A DNA stretch of 64,000 nt, taken from Candidatus Eiseniibacteriota bacterium (lineage in GTDB: Bacteria > Eisenbacteria > RBG-16-71-46). Below are positions 55,049 through 64,000 of the stretch, one piece after another (position 1 is the stretch's first letter; each line of letters opens with the position of its first letter). The position numbers and the translations under genes are program-made. The stretch covers positions 1-64,000 of the forward strand of contig JBBRLX010000016.1 in NCBI GenBank assembly GCA_038231135.1. Direction: 5' to 3'. The notes under the pieces were generated by a model that had not been told where the DNA came from, made no database searches, and saw nothing but the letters and a program-made list of their open reading frames with translations.

Positions 55049-58000
55049 TCACCGCACGATCGCGCAGCGGGCGTGGCGCTCGGCGCCCGACTGCAGCAGC
55101 CGCAGCAGATAGATCCCCGGCGCGAGGCGCGCGGGGATCGCGACGACGTGCGATCCCGCGCCCAGTGCCCCCACGTCGAGCGCGGCGCGGCGGCGGCCTG
55201 CGAGATCGAACACCTCGAGCCGCGCGGGCGCCGCGGCCGGCAGTGTGAACGCGACCGCGAGCCCGGAGCCCTCGGCGGGATTGGGGCGCGCCCCGGCGAG
55301 CGTGAACGCGACCGTTTGCGGCACCATCAGCTCGACCTCGCCGAGCCGCACCTCGACGCCGCCGAGGACGACCCGCAGCCGGTACCCGAGTTGCGCGCCA
55401 GGCCGTGCGTCGTGGTCGTCGTAGCGCAGGCGCCCGGCGCCGTCGGTCGTGAGGTTCGCCACGGCCCGCCACGGTCCCGCGCCCTCGCGGCGCTCCACCG
55501 TCGCCACGGTGATGCCGGGGCCCGCCTGCCACTCGACGTGCACTCGGCCCGGCTCGGCGGACGCCGTCGCGAGCGCGATCAGCGTCGGGGTGTCCTCGTG
55601 GGCGCCCGGGTTGTAGTCCGCGCTGCCGGTGCGCGCGAAGTTGCCGCGCGGCGTCGGCCACCCCTGTTTCGTGCCGCGCCAGCTGCCCGGCGCCATCTTG
55701 TAGATGTACAGACCCGTCCCCCCGATCGGACCGCCGAGGATCTCGGTGCGCCGATCGCCGTCGTAGTCCCAGATCGACGCCTGGGAAGCGGCACGACCGG
55801 CCTTGGGATAGCCGAACAGGACCGCGGTGGACGAATCGTAGGCATAGACGCCGCTCGCCGGCAGCGTCCATACCACGGTCGGAGCGCCGGTGGGCGACAC
55901 ATGACCCATCAGCGGCGTGCCGACCGGGTTCACGGCGTACTTCTTGGGCCAGGTGCCGAAGTGCACCGGCAGGCCGTCCGCGCCCAGCACCGTGAGTTCG
56001 GTGGGTATGATGCGCGACAGGATGATCTCGTCGACGCCATCGCCGTTGAGATCGCCGATGACCGGCTCCGAGGCGGCGAGGCTGAACTGGAAGTATTGCG
56101 AGCGGCGGGTGCCGTCGGCGTTGAAGGCGTAGGTCACGGGCCCCGAGGCCACCACGATCGTGGGTGTTGGATCGTTGCCGAACCGGACCACGCTCGGCGG
56201 CTCCGGGTTGCCGATCGTGAAGATCGGCCAGCCCGGCATGGTCGTGCCGTTCCCGCGCAGCAGGTTGAGATACCCGGCCGAGGTGAGCGCGACGATCTCG
56301 ACTCCGGGCTGGCCGTCGAAGTTGCTGAGCGCGATCTGGACGTTGGGGAGGGTGACGGTCGCGGTCGTCGAATCGGCTGCCAGCGGGAAGCCCGTAACAG
56401 GCGAGCCGTCGGGGTGCCAGGCGTAGATCCTGTCATCGCTGCCGCCCCACACCACCTCGAGCCCGCCGTCACCGTCGATATCGCCGAGCGCCGGCATGGT
56501 GCCCGGAACGTTGTTGGGCGTGGCGGTGACCGGCCAGCCAGGCAGCGGCTTGCCGTCGGCGCGGAATCCGGCGATGCGACCGTCGGTGGTGGCGACGAAC
56601 ATCGCGAACCCCTGGGTGCCGCCCAGGTCCGCGGCGGCGATGCCGCCGAGCGGCGGGGCGGGCAGCGCGAACGTGCTGCGGACGGACGCCGAGCCCACAT
56701 CGACGATCACGATCCGCGAGTCGGCGAGCGCGACTGCGGCGCAGCACGGCCGGCCGGCCGGCGGCAGCGGCACGCCGGGACCCACCACCGTGTCGTTCTC
56801 GAGCACCACGGAGCTGGTCGGCGGATCGCGCAGCATGCGGTTCAGGTTCACGCGGCCGGTGCCATAGCCGGTGACGCCGGGGTTCTGCGCCGAGATGTCG
56901 TCGGCCGTCTCGACCACCCGCTGCTGCACCTCGAACGGCAAGGCGGGCGTGAGGCCGCGCTGAAGGCGATGGGCCTGGTAGAGCGCCGCCATGCCCGACA
57001 CCAGCGCGGCCGAGAACGAGGTTCCGGTGGCCCCGGTGGTGTAGGTCGGCCGGCGTTGCAACAGGCTGTCGCCGACGACGTGCGCGGGGTGCGGCGAGAC
57101 GGTGGTGGTGATCAGGCTGGTGCCGGGCGCCGCCACGTCCACGTAACCCTGGGCGTTCGCGAACCGCGGGATGACGTCGAACTGATCGGTGGACGTGACG
57201 GTCAGCACCTCCTCGCGGTCCCCGATGTAATGGGAGTCGGTGCCCTTGTTGCCGGCCGCGACCACGATCGTGACGCGATTCGCCAGCGCGTTGTCGAGCG
57301 CGGCGGCGAGGTCTTCCTGGTAGCGGCTCTCGAACGAGCAATTGATGATCAGGGCACCCATGCGGGTCGCATAGCGAATGGCCTGCGCGACGTAGGTCAG
57401 GCTCACCTGACCGAGCGGGCTCGCGGTGGTCGCCCATGCGACGCGCAGCGGCATCAGCGACACCTTCCACGCCGTGCCTGTCGCGCCCATCGCGTTGTTG
57501 CCGTGTGCGCCGATCACGCCCGCGACCGCCGTGCCGTGACCGGCGAAGTCGTTGGGGTCGTTGTCCGGGGCGAACCAGTCCTCCCCCGGCACCACGCCGG
57601 TATCGACCGGGTTCGGCAGGTTCACGAAATCCCAGCCGTGCACGTCGTCCACGTAGCCGTTGTTGTCGTCGTCCACGCCCGGGGTGCCGTTGAGCTCGGA
57701 CAGATTCGTCCAGATCTGGCTCGAGTAGCCGGGGCCCGCGGCCAGGTCCGGATGATAGGGAATCACTCCGGTGTCGAGCACCGCGACGACCACGCTGCTG
57801 TCGCCGGTCGTCACGTCCCAGCCTTCGACGGCGTGAATGTCGTGACGACTCGGCTGATAGAAGTAATAGGAATTCGGCCAGTAGGGATCGTCGGGCACCG
57901 CGCTCACCGGGCACATCCCGGACAGCGATGCCGACGCCACGTCGGCCGATGTCTGGAACGCGGTGCGCGCATCGCTCGCCTGGGCGCCGTCCGGAAGGTG

Positions 58001-58324
58001 CGCGATCCAGAATGCGGCGAGCGGGTCGGGCACGACCCCGGGCGCCGGGGCGTCGGTCGGGAACTCGGGCTCGAACTCGACGACGCCGAGACCGGTCGCG
58101 ATCCGGTCGAGATCGGGAACACCCAGGGCGCGCAGCGGCCGGAGCGACGAGACACCGGTCTGCGTAGTCCGGTCGGCGCGTGTCTGCCAGGCGGCGCCGG
58201 TCGCGGCCGGCGACAACCGGAGCACGACGATATCGTTCTGGAACGAAGGCGGATCGCCTTCGGCAGCTCGCGCCGGAACCGCCGGCGCGGCCAGCATCAG
58301 GAACAGCAGCAACAGGGCGGCCAT
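55049..58324 (-). CDS. S8 subtilisin-like serine protease with FG-GAP repeats and an FnIII + T9SS/FlgD-like CTD
   Basis: VAVLDTG, GHGTAVAG, AAGN, GTSFSA; GDIDGDG/GDLNGDG repeats; PNP..LEVFDLAGRR..LAPGIYLLRL. Confidence 0.93.
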   Translation of the reverse strand: MAALLLLFLMLAAPAVPARAAEGDPPSFQNDIVVLRLSPAATGAAWQTRADRTTQTGVSSLRPLRALGVPDLDRIATGLGVVEFEPEFPTDAPAPGVVPDPLAAFWIAHLPDGAQASDARTAFQTSADVASASLSGMCPVSAVPDDPYWPNSYYFYQPSRHDIHAVEGWDVTTGDSSVVVAVLDTGVIPYHPDLAAGPGYSSQIWTNLSELNGTPGVDDDNNGYVDDVHGWDFVNLPNPVDTGVVPGEDWFAPDNDPNDFAGHGTAVAGVIGAHGNNAMGATGTAWKVSLMPLRVAWATTASPLGQVSLTYVAQAIRYATRMGALIINCSFESRYQEDLAAALDNALANRVTIVVAAGNKGTDSHYIGDREEVLTVTSTDQFDVIPRFANAQGYVDVAAPGTSLITTTVSPHPAHVVGDSLLQRRPTYTTGATGTSFSAALVSGMAALYQAHRLQRGLTPALPFEVQQRVVETADDISAQNPGVTGYGTGRVNLNRMLRDPPTSSVVLENDTVVGPGVPLPPAGRPCCAAVALADSRIVIVDVGSASVRSTFALPAPPLGGIAAADLGGTQGFAMFVATTDGRIAGFRADGKPLPGWPVTATPNNVPGTMPALGDIDGDGGLEVVWGGSDDRIYAWHPDGSPVTGFPLAADSTTATVTLPNVQIALSNFDGQPGVEIVALTSAGYLNLLRGNGTTMPGWPIFTIGNPEPPSVVRFGNDPTPTIVVASGPVTYAFNADGTRRSQYFQFSLAASEPVIGDLNGDGVDEIILSRIIPTELTVLGADGLPVHFGTWPKKYAVNPVGTPLMGHVSPTGAPTVVWTLPASGVYAYDSSTAVLFGYPKAGRAASQASIWDYDGDRRTEILGGPIGGTGLYIYKMAPGSWRGTKQGWPTPRGNFARTGSADYNPGAHEDTPTLIALATASAEPGRVHVEWQAGPGITVATVERREGAGPWRAVANLTTDGAGRLRYDDHDARPGAQLGYRLRVVLGGVEVRLGEVELMVPQTVAFTLAGARPNPAEGSGLAVAFTLPAAAPARLEVFDLAGRRRAALDVGALGAGSHVVAIPARLAPGIYLLRLLQSGAERHARCAIVR

Positions 58325-58626
58325 GGCAGGGTCTCTAAGGGTCGATCGCGAGCCGGGGGGATCACACGTCGCGACTCATCGACAGTAGGCACCCGTTTGG
58401 AACGGGTCAACGGCATTCGAGCCCTGGAACTCGGGCCGGCAGAGCCGCCCATTGGCCAACACCCACGCGTGCTTTCGGATGCCCCCGGTCGTTCGACCTC
58501 GAGCCGGCCTCGAAGGCCGGCCGGTCCGGCGCGACCGGCGCCCGGCGATGGGAAGCTACCGCCCGCGTGGCGCGCGAGCCTCCCGGACCCAGGTACCGCG
58601 CGCGCGGGATCCGGTGGGATTGAAAA

Positions 58627-58942
58627 TGCGGGCCGCTCCCCGGGTCGAGGGCGACGTAAGCGCCTGAGAGGGGCTGAAGGTTCGCCGCCGTTAGTCCATG
58701 GTCGCAGCCCGCACCCGGGAGACTCGCAATCCACACGCCAGCGCTCGGTTTGCACCGGCTGCCGCGGAATTCGGGAGTGCGCCGGTTGCGGTTCACTGCC
58801 GCAAGTACCTGCGCCCCAGCGCGTGAGTGGATTCGAGTCACTGCGCCGGGTTTCGCGCCGGCGTCCGCAGGTCGCGGGTCGCGGCGCCGCGAGAACGGGT
58901 GATCCCGCCCGCGCGGCGCACCGTGCCGCGCAAGATCACCCG
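58627..58942 (-). ncRNA. Candidate structured non-coding RNA / cis-regulatory element (family not recognised)
   Basis: Consecutive long stems 58627-36/58704-13, 58721-38/58821-39 and 58896-904/58934-42; G-U and GNRA clues favour the minus strand; no credible ORF. Confidence 0.4.
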
Positions 58943-58960
58943 GGATGAACGGATATGCGA

Positions 58961-58986
58961 ACGGGCGGCTTCGCGGAGCCGCCCGT
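58961..58986 (-). terminator. GC-rich hairpin downstream of the FKBP gene (possible terminator)
   Basis: Perfect 10-bp stem ACGGGCGGCT/AGCCGCCCGT; weak U-tract. Confidence 0.55.
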
Positions 58987-59029
58987 CACCTGCTGCGGGT
59001 CGCCGGTGGCGGCCCTGGGGAATCTCGGG

Positions 59030-59527
59030 CTATTGCACGCCCAGCAACTCGACCTCGAACGTGAGCGTGGCATTCGGCGGAATGGTGCCGCCCGCGCCCG
59101 CCGCGCCGTACCCCAGGTCCGGAGGGATCGTGAGCTTGCGCTTGCCGCCGACCTTCATGCCCTTGACGCCCTCGTCCCAGCCGCGGATCACGTTGCCGTT
59201 GCCGAGCGTGAACTCGAACGGCTGGCCGCGGTCGAGCGAGCTGTCGAACTTCGTGCCGTCGGCCAGCCAGCCGGTGTAGTGAACCGACACCTTGCTGCCG
59301 TTGTCGGCGACGGCTCCGTCACCCACCTTGAGGTCTTCGTACTTGAGTCCGTCCGACAGCGTGATGGTGCCGGCCGTGACGCCCCCCGCGGCGCTGGCGG
59401 TGGTCTTCGACGCCGTCTTTGGGGTGCCGGCCGAGCTCGAGGTGGTGTTGCTGGTTCCGCCACCGGCGGCGCACCCGAACGCGCCGAACGCCAGCGCCAG
59501 TGCGAGGATTCCGATTGCCTGCTTCAT
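59030..59527 (-). CDS. FKBP-type peptidyl-prolyl cis-trans isomerase, lipoprotein
   Basis: [45 protein letters not shown]; lipobox AFGC. Confidence 0.96.
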   Translation of the reverse strand: MKQAIGILALALAFGAFGCAAGGGTSNTTSSSAGTPKTASKTTASAAGGVTAGTITLSDGLKYEDLKVGDGAVADNGSKVSVHYTGWLADGTKFDSSLDRGQPFEFTLGNGNVIRGWDEGVKGMKVGGKRKLTIPPDLGYGAAGAGGTIPPNATLTFEVELLGVQ

Positions 59528-59640
59528 CGTGTGGAGCTCCTTGGAACGTGCCTGGGTTTGGGGAATCGAACGAACGACCGGAAAGGCTCGCATGAACCGG
59601 GGTCCGCGGCAAGCCGGCCCGGCTGGATGCAGGGACCGCC

Positions 59641-60153
59641 TCACCGGCTGCGCGCCGCGCGTATTTCGGCGAGCGTCGCGCGATAGAGCGAGTCGTGGCC
59701 GGCCGCGAGCGCCACCGCATGCGTGGCCAGACTCTCGGCCTCGACGAGTCGATTCCGGTGGATCAGCGCCACCGCCAGGTTGTTCGAGGCATCGGGGTCC
59801 GCGGGCAACCCCTTGAGGGCCGCCCGGTAGTGCCGCTCGGCGTCCGCCCAGCGGTTGCGGTGCGCCGCCACGTTGCCGAGGTTGAGCCGCGCGCGGGCGA
59901 ACGACCGGTCGACGTGCAACGCGCGCTGGTACTCCCTCCCGGCCAGGTCCCACTCGCCGCGCGCCTCGTAGGCGACACCGAGATCGTTGTGCTCCGCGGC
60001 GGTGAGCGGGTCATGGAGGATCACCAGGTGCGAGCAGCCGGCGGCCAGCAGCACGAGTGCGGTCGCTCCGAGTTGCAGGAGCCGCGTCGCGGCGCGCCGC
60101 CCCCGCGATCCCGGGTGCAACCGGCGCAGCCCGTGAACCGGCCGCGGCGTCAT
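59641..60153 (-). CDS. TPR-repeat lipoprotein
   Basis: LAAGC lipobox; [28 protein letters not shown] overlap with the peptidase gene. Confidence 0.88.
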   Translation of the reverse strand: MTPRPVHGLRRLHPGSRGRRAATRLLQLGATALVLLAAGCSHLVILHDPLTAAEHNDLGVAYEARGEWDLAGREYQRALHVDRSFARARLNLGNVAAHRNRWADAERHYRAALKGLPADPDASNNLAVALIHRNRLVEAESLATHAVALAAGHDSLYRATLAEIRAARSR

Positions 60154-60875
60154 CGTGCGGCTCCTTTGTCCACACCGGAATCCGCCACGGCCCGGGGAGT
60201 CACGATCAGCACCCGCCGGTCCGAGCCCGCACGCCAGCGCTCGAGACTCGGCAACCGCACCTCACGCGGACTCGAACCGCCGTCGTTGAGCACGAACCGC
60301 GCGCGATCCGGCTCCCAGCCGGTGACCACCGCATAGTGCTGGCGCGTGAGCGGCCCGAACCCGACCGGGTAGAGCACGATCGGCGGCACGCCGGCCGCGA
60401 GCCACGCGATCAGGGAGTCCGCCGGAGCCGAGGTGACGCGCGCCTCGAATCCCGCCTGCCGGGCGCGCGCCGCGAGATCGGTGACGAGGCTGCCCCGGAA
60501 CACCGGATCGTAGGCGGAATCCGCGTCCGCCAGCGCCGCCGCATCCGCGTGATGGAACGCGAGCACCATGCGCAGCGCCGCGGGCCCGCACTGCTCGGGC
60601 GCCTGATGCAGCACCGGCACGTCGAGGCGAATGGCGCCTGCGTGCAGGGCGGGGGCGGGAGCCGCTGCTGCGGCCGAACCCAGCCACACCATGAGGAGCG
60701 CGAACGAAGCGGGCATGCGCGCGAGACTACACGATGAGGTGCGCGCGCCGCGCATGACCGCGGCGGTACCGCAGGTCGAATGCGCCGCCGCCCGGGCACT
60801 CCGCGCCGGGGCGGCGGCGCGCGACACGTCGGAGTCCTCGACGCATCCGGCCGCCGCGCCTGCGGCGCGACTCAC
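60150..60875 (-). CDS. C39-like cysteine peptidase (PA2778-type)
   Basis: VPVLHQ..QCGPAALRMVL (catalytic Cys), HYAVVTG (His), LND (Asp). Confidence 0.85.
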   Translation of the reverse strand: MSRAAGAAAGCVEDSDVSRAAAPARSARAAAHSTCGTAAVMRGARTSSCSLARMPASFALLMVWLGSAAAAAPAPALHAGAIRLDVPVLHQAPEQCGPAALRMVLAFHHADAAALADADSAYDPVFRGSLVTDLAARARQAGFEARVTSAPADSLIAWLAAGVPPIVLYPVGFGPLTRQHYAVVTGWEPDRARFVLNDGGSSPREVRLPSLERWRAGSDRRVLIVTPRAVADSGVDKGAAR

Positions 60876-61276
60876 TTGACGATCACCTGCCTGTTCATCA
60901 GCTTGAGCACGACGATCACGAGGATCACCACGATCAGGATTCCGATCAATGCGCCGGTCGCGCCGTCACTGCCGGTGGGCAGTCCGCGGGACTGGGTCGC
61001 GAGCGTGTGCAGATCCTGCTCCGACATCGAAGCCAGCCGCAGCTGGACCTGCTCCGGTTGCACTCCGTAATCCCGGAGCTTCTGCGCGACGACACGGTTT
61101 TCGAGTGCCCGCTGCACCGTCACCATGTCCGCGTCCCGGCTGGAGGCGATCGTCGTCATACCCGAGGCGCGCGACGGCGCGAGACCCGCCGCGGCCGGAG
61201 CCACGTCCAGCGTGCTCATCCAGGCAACCAGAAATACGGCCGTAATCGTGCGAAGCACTCTGGGAAACAGACGCAT
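60872..61276 (-). CDS. PA2779-family protein
   Basis: Signal peptide; VAQKLRDYGV.PEQVQLRLASMSEQDL..LPTGSDG followed by a C-terminal TM helix; GGAGG RBS; upstream of the C39 peptidase. Confidence 0.82.
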   Translation of the reverse strand: MRLFPRVLRTITAVFLVAWMSTLDVAPAAAGLAPSRASGMTTIASSRDADMVTVQRALENRVVAQKLRDYGVQPEQVQLRLASMSEQDLHTLATQSRGLPTGSDGATGALIGILIVVILVIVVLKLMNRQVIVK

Positions 61277-61419
61277 GTGCATACCTCCCGGCGATGAAAG
61301 CGCGCGCTCGTGCAGAACGCAATGTTCGGCCTGAATCAACGTCCGCAGCATAGAACCAAACGGATGCCGTGTGCTAGACTGATCGTCCCTTGTAATACTC
61401 CACCCTGGGCCTCTCCCTC

Positions 61420-63453
61420 GTGACCTCCACTCGACGCTGCTCGAGTTCCGTCAAGACCCCAATCGGACGCTGCCCTACGATCCTCGCCGCCGTACTCGCG
61501 TTCGCGTCCTGCGCCTGCGCCCACGCGAACGCGCTGGAAGCGGATTCGACCAGGGTCCCGCCGGTCCATGTCGCGGCGGTCGATTCGGCCTCGGCCGCTC
61601 CGTCGCCGGCGCTGCCCGACTCGAGCCTGTCGCCCGCGCCGCAGCACGACCCGCAGGAAACCCTGCATCCCCCGCTCGACCGCGTCGCCCTCGGACTGGG
61701 ATTCGAGAACGTCACGCTCGATGCCTCGACCCAGCCTCCCAGCCTCGCATACGAAAACCGGCGCTACCGCCACAGCGCTGATGCATTGGGATGGATCATG
61801 CGGGGCGGGGATTCGTTCATAGCGTACGAACGCCGGCTGGGAATGGTCGCCGCATCCATCGAACGCACCGGCGCGATAGGCGCAGGCGCGCCGTTCCGGG
61901 TTCGGTACCCCAGCGACGGAGATTTCCACGCGCCGCGGGGCCACGTGCAGGAACCGACTTCGCACAGCATCGACCTGACGGTCGGGCCGCTCGTCGCGTA
62001 CGACCTGGGCCGCGTCACGGAACCCGTCCAGTTCCAGTTCCAGACCGAGGCGACCCTGCGCTGGAATCCGTGGACAGGATCGCGATTCATCGGATCAGTC
62101 GTGTTCCCGATCTACAACGACTTCGTGTTCAACCCGCTCCATCCGGATCTCGACAACGTGCGGCCGGGTCTCGTCACGCTGGAGCAGTACGCGTGGGTGC
62201 CGCGGGTCGGGCTGGCGTCGGCGAGCGGCGGAGTATTCGCCGACAATCGCTACGGCGTGTCGCTCGGCATCGCACGGCCGCTGATGCAGGGCGCCGTGCT
62301 GCTCGACGCGCAGACCGACCTCACCGGATTCGTCGCATTCAACACCGGCGGCCTCGGCTACTCACCGCTCCGGAACTGGAGCTCCTATGGCGCCGTCACC
62401 TGGCGGCCGGCGTGGATGGACGCCCAGCTCCGCGCACGCTACGCGCAATACCTGTATGGGGATCATGGCGCGGATCTCGAATTCAAGCGGTCGTTCGGCG
62501 ATCTCGACCTGGCGTTCTCCGTGCTGCGCTCGAACAACCTCACGATTGAGGGCGTTCGGATCTCGTTCCCGATCCCGCCGCTGACCCGTCCCACGCAGCG
62601 GCCGATCCGCCTGCTGCCGGTCGAGCACTTCCCGCTGAGCTACCGCACGGATGCGACTCCGGTGGGCCAGTCGGTGGTCGGCACTGCCTCCCGGGAGGAC
62701 TTTTTACGTCAGTTGAGCGCCCCGGCGCTGGCCGCGAACAGCTACCGCTACGAGCGCGCCCAGGGTCGAAAACGCCAATTGCCACCCCCCCAGCCCGCCC
62801 CGTGGATCAATCATTCGGGAATGACCGGCTTCATCATCACCCCCTGGGCCGGGGTCCAGCCGAGCGGGGAAGTCGAGGTCGGCTTTACAAATATCCCCAA
62901 GAAGTGGTCCTACGCCCCGAGGCGGGGTGTTTTCCACAACGAAATTTATTATGTCTCCATGGGACTTTTGCCCCGACTGGAGGTCGGATTGCGCATCACG
63001 CGCACGCCTGGCTTCAATCCGTTTGCTGACGTCGATCCGGAGTCCCGTTTGACGACCGACACGGACCACATGGCCAGCTTCCGGATTTCCGTCCTGGAGC
63101 CCCGGGACCGGCGTCCCGGGCTGGCCCTGGGGGTCGACGACATCGAGGGCACCCGGCGTTACCACTCAGCTTATTTGGTTTCCGGGGTCCCGTTCTCAAT
63201 CTTTCGCGTGCAAAACAGGTTCAGCTTAGGTTATGCTTCTCATGTCTTCACGGCTTATCGCCATGTGCTCGATGGTGGCTTCGGCGCCATTGAGGTTTCC
63301 CCCTGGCGAGCCGTTGCAGCTCGAATCGAGTACGACACCGAGAAAGTAAATGTGGGTCTCGGGTTGGATCTCGGATACGGGTTGCGGATCCGCGCCGCTG
63401 CACTCAATATGGAGTCCTTGAGTGTCGGCGTGGGATGGCATCACAAGCTGTGA
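61420..63453 (+). CDS. YjbH/GfcD-like outer-membrane beta-barrel protein (barrel order apparently swapped)
   Basis: Signal peptide; YAQYLYGDHGADLEFKRSFG..GVRISFP then GMTGFIITP..LEVGLR..PGLALGVDDIEGT..AYLV. Confidence 0.75.
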   Translation: MTSTRRCSSSVKTPIGRCPTILAAVLAFASCACAHANALEADSTRVPPVHVAAVDSASAAPSPALPDSSLSPAPQHDPQETLHPPLDRVALGLGFENVTLDASTQPPSLAYENRRYRHSADALGWIMRGGDSFIAYERRLGMVAASIERTGAIGAGAPFRVRYPSDGDFHAPRGHVQEPTSHSIDLTVGPLVAYDLGRVTEPVQFQFQTEATLRWNPWTGSRFIGSVVFPIYNDFVFNPLHPDLDNVRPGLVTLEQYAWVPRVGLASASGGVFADNRYGVSLGIARPLMQGAVLLDAQTDLTGFVAFNTGGLGYSPLRNWSSYGAVTWRPAWMDAQLRARYAQYLYGDHGADLEFKRSFGDLDLAFSVLRSNNLTIEGVRISFPIPPLTRPTQRPIRLLPVEHFPLSYRTDATPVGQSVVGTASREDFLRQLSAPALAANSYRYERAQGRKRQLPPPQPAPWINHSGMTGFIITPWAGVQPSGEVEVGFTNIPKKWSYAPRRGVFHNEIYYVSMGLLPRLEVGLRITRTPGFNPFADVDPESRLTTDTDHMASFRISVLEPRDRRPGLALGVDDIEGTRRYHSAYLVSGVPFSIFRVQNRFSLGYASHVFTAYRHVLDGGFGAIEVSPWRAVAARIEYDTEKVNVGLGLDLGYGLRIRAAALNMESLSVGVGWHHKL

Positions 63454-63580
63454 AGTACGGGTTTCAGGCCACTGTGTATCCACGGATGGATACGCTAAAG
63501 ATAACGCCAAGGAATTGGCGATCATACGCTCAGCGCCACAGGCCCTCCCTTGGCCGTGCGCGAAGAGATGGAGGACCGCG

Positions 63581-63958
63581 ATGAACATCGATCACCGCAA
63601 CCCGCGCCTTCGCCGGGGCTTCGCCTTCGTTGCGCTTGCGGCACTGCTTGGGCTTTCTGTTATGGGCCTGTCGCAGTGTCGTCTTGTCAACGACACGGTC
63701 ACCGGAGTGGACCTCAACGCCAATTCCGGGTTGAATGCCCGTAGCGACTGCGTTCACCAGTGCAACGATCAGTACAAGGCCTGCAAGCGTGCCGAAGACG
63801 CCCGTCACAAGTCGGCTCAGCGCGCGTGCGGCAATGACAAGACCTGCAAGAAGAACGAGCAGCGCCTGCACAAGGACAATCAGCTGGCGTGCGTTCGTGC
63901 GATGCAGAACTGCAAGCGCAACTGCTACAACGAGGGTGCTGGCATCGGCGGACGTTAA
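63581..63958 (+). CDS. Small secreted Cys-rich helical-hairpin protein, paralog B (125 aa)
   Basis: GGAGGA RBS; signal ending VMGLSQC; C-x3-C-x6-C-x14-C-x5-C-x14-C-x6-C-x3-C; ends CYNEGAGIGGR. Confidence 0.87.
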   Translation: MNIDHRNPRLRRGFAFVALAALLGLSVMGLSQCRLVNDTVTGVDLNANSGLNARSDCVHQCNDQYKACKRAEDARHKSAQRACGNDKTCKKNEQRLHKDNQLACVRAMQNCKRNCYNEGAGIGGR

Positions 63959-64000
63959 GCTGGCCTGAAACCCCCGTACCGCTCGCTTCATCGGGGTTGT

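Noticed and set aside
58660..58675. CTCTCAGG (minus), a glycine-riboswitch-like word; GCGAC..GGGGAGC also resembles the ZTP riboswitch P1
   Set aside because: Other conserved elements are missing and the downstream gene does not fit
58820..58845. GGATTCGAGTC resembling a tRNA T-loop
   Set aside because: No cloverleaf or CCA; the bases pair instead with 58721-58734
54860..58948. 1362-aa plus ORF
   Set aside because: Antisense to the S8 protease; composition is not protein-like
63515..63531. sigma54-like site before paralog B (TGGCGATCATACGCT)
   Set aside because: GG-GC spacing is one base short

Overview
A high-GC bacterial chromosomal segment with about 48 CDS and no rRNA, convincing tRNA, CRISPR array or intact mobile element. 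The secreted-protein C-terminal motifs (T9SS/FlgD-like CTDs, a 'TWGxL(K/R)xxYR' tail) suggest an FCB-associated candidate phylum such as Ca. Eisenbacteria; this is an inference. Main blocks: (1) metallophosphoesterase and a full-length cyclic beta-1,2-glucan synthase (Cgs/NdvB); (2) cNMP-TrxB-like oxidoreductase with a UBP-type zinc finger, and TetR with an alpha/beta hydrolase; (3) a potassium island of a KimA/YdaO-like APC transporter, two small membrane peptides incl. KdpF, kdpABC, a putative beta-barrel and kdpDE, with a shared candidate KdpE box; (4) secreted proteins; (5) a stress cluster of a general stress protein, a 76-aa internally deleted Ku, SodC, topoisomerase IB and a DAGK-PAP2 fusion, with several sigma54-type promoters; (6) GH13, aceK-icd, an S1-domain protein, PPi-PFK, an S8 protease and an FKBP; (7) a PA2779/PA2778/TPR cassette, a YjbH/GfcD-like protein with apparently swapped barrel order, and a Cys-rich secreted protein. 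The most striking unexplained items are two paralogous small secreted proteins with mirror-symmetric cysteine spacing and a conserved C-terminal CYNEGAGxGGR tail, a mini-Ku, a roughly 360-nt highly paired intergenic region, and the permuted YjbH. All calls come from reading motifs by eye; no database searches were run.
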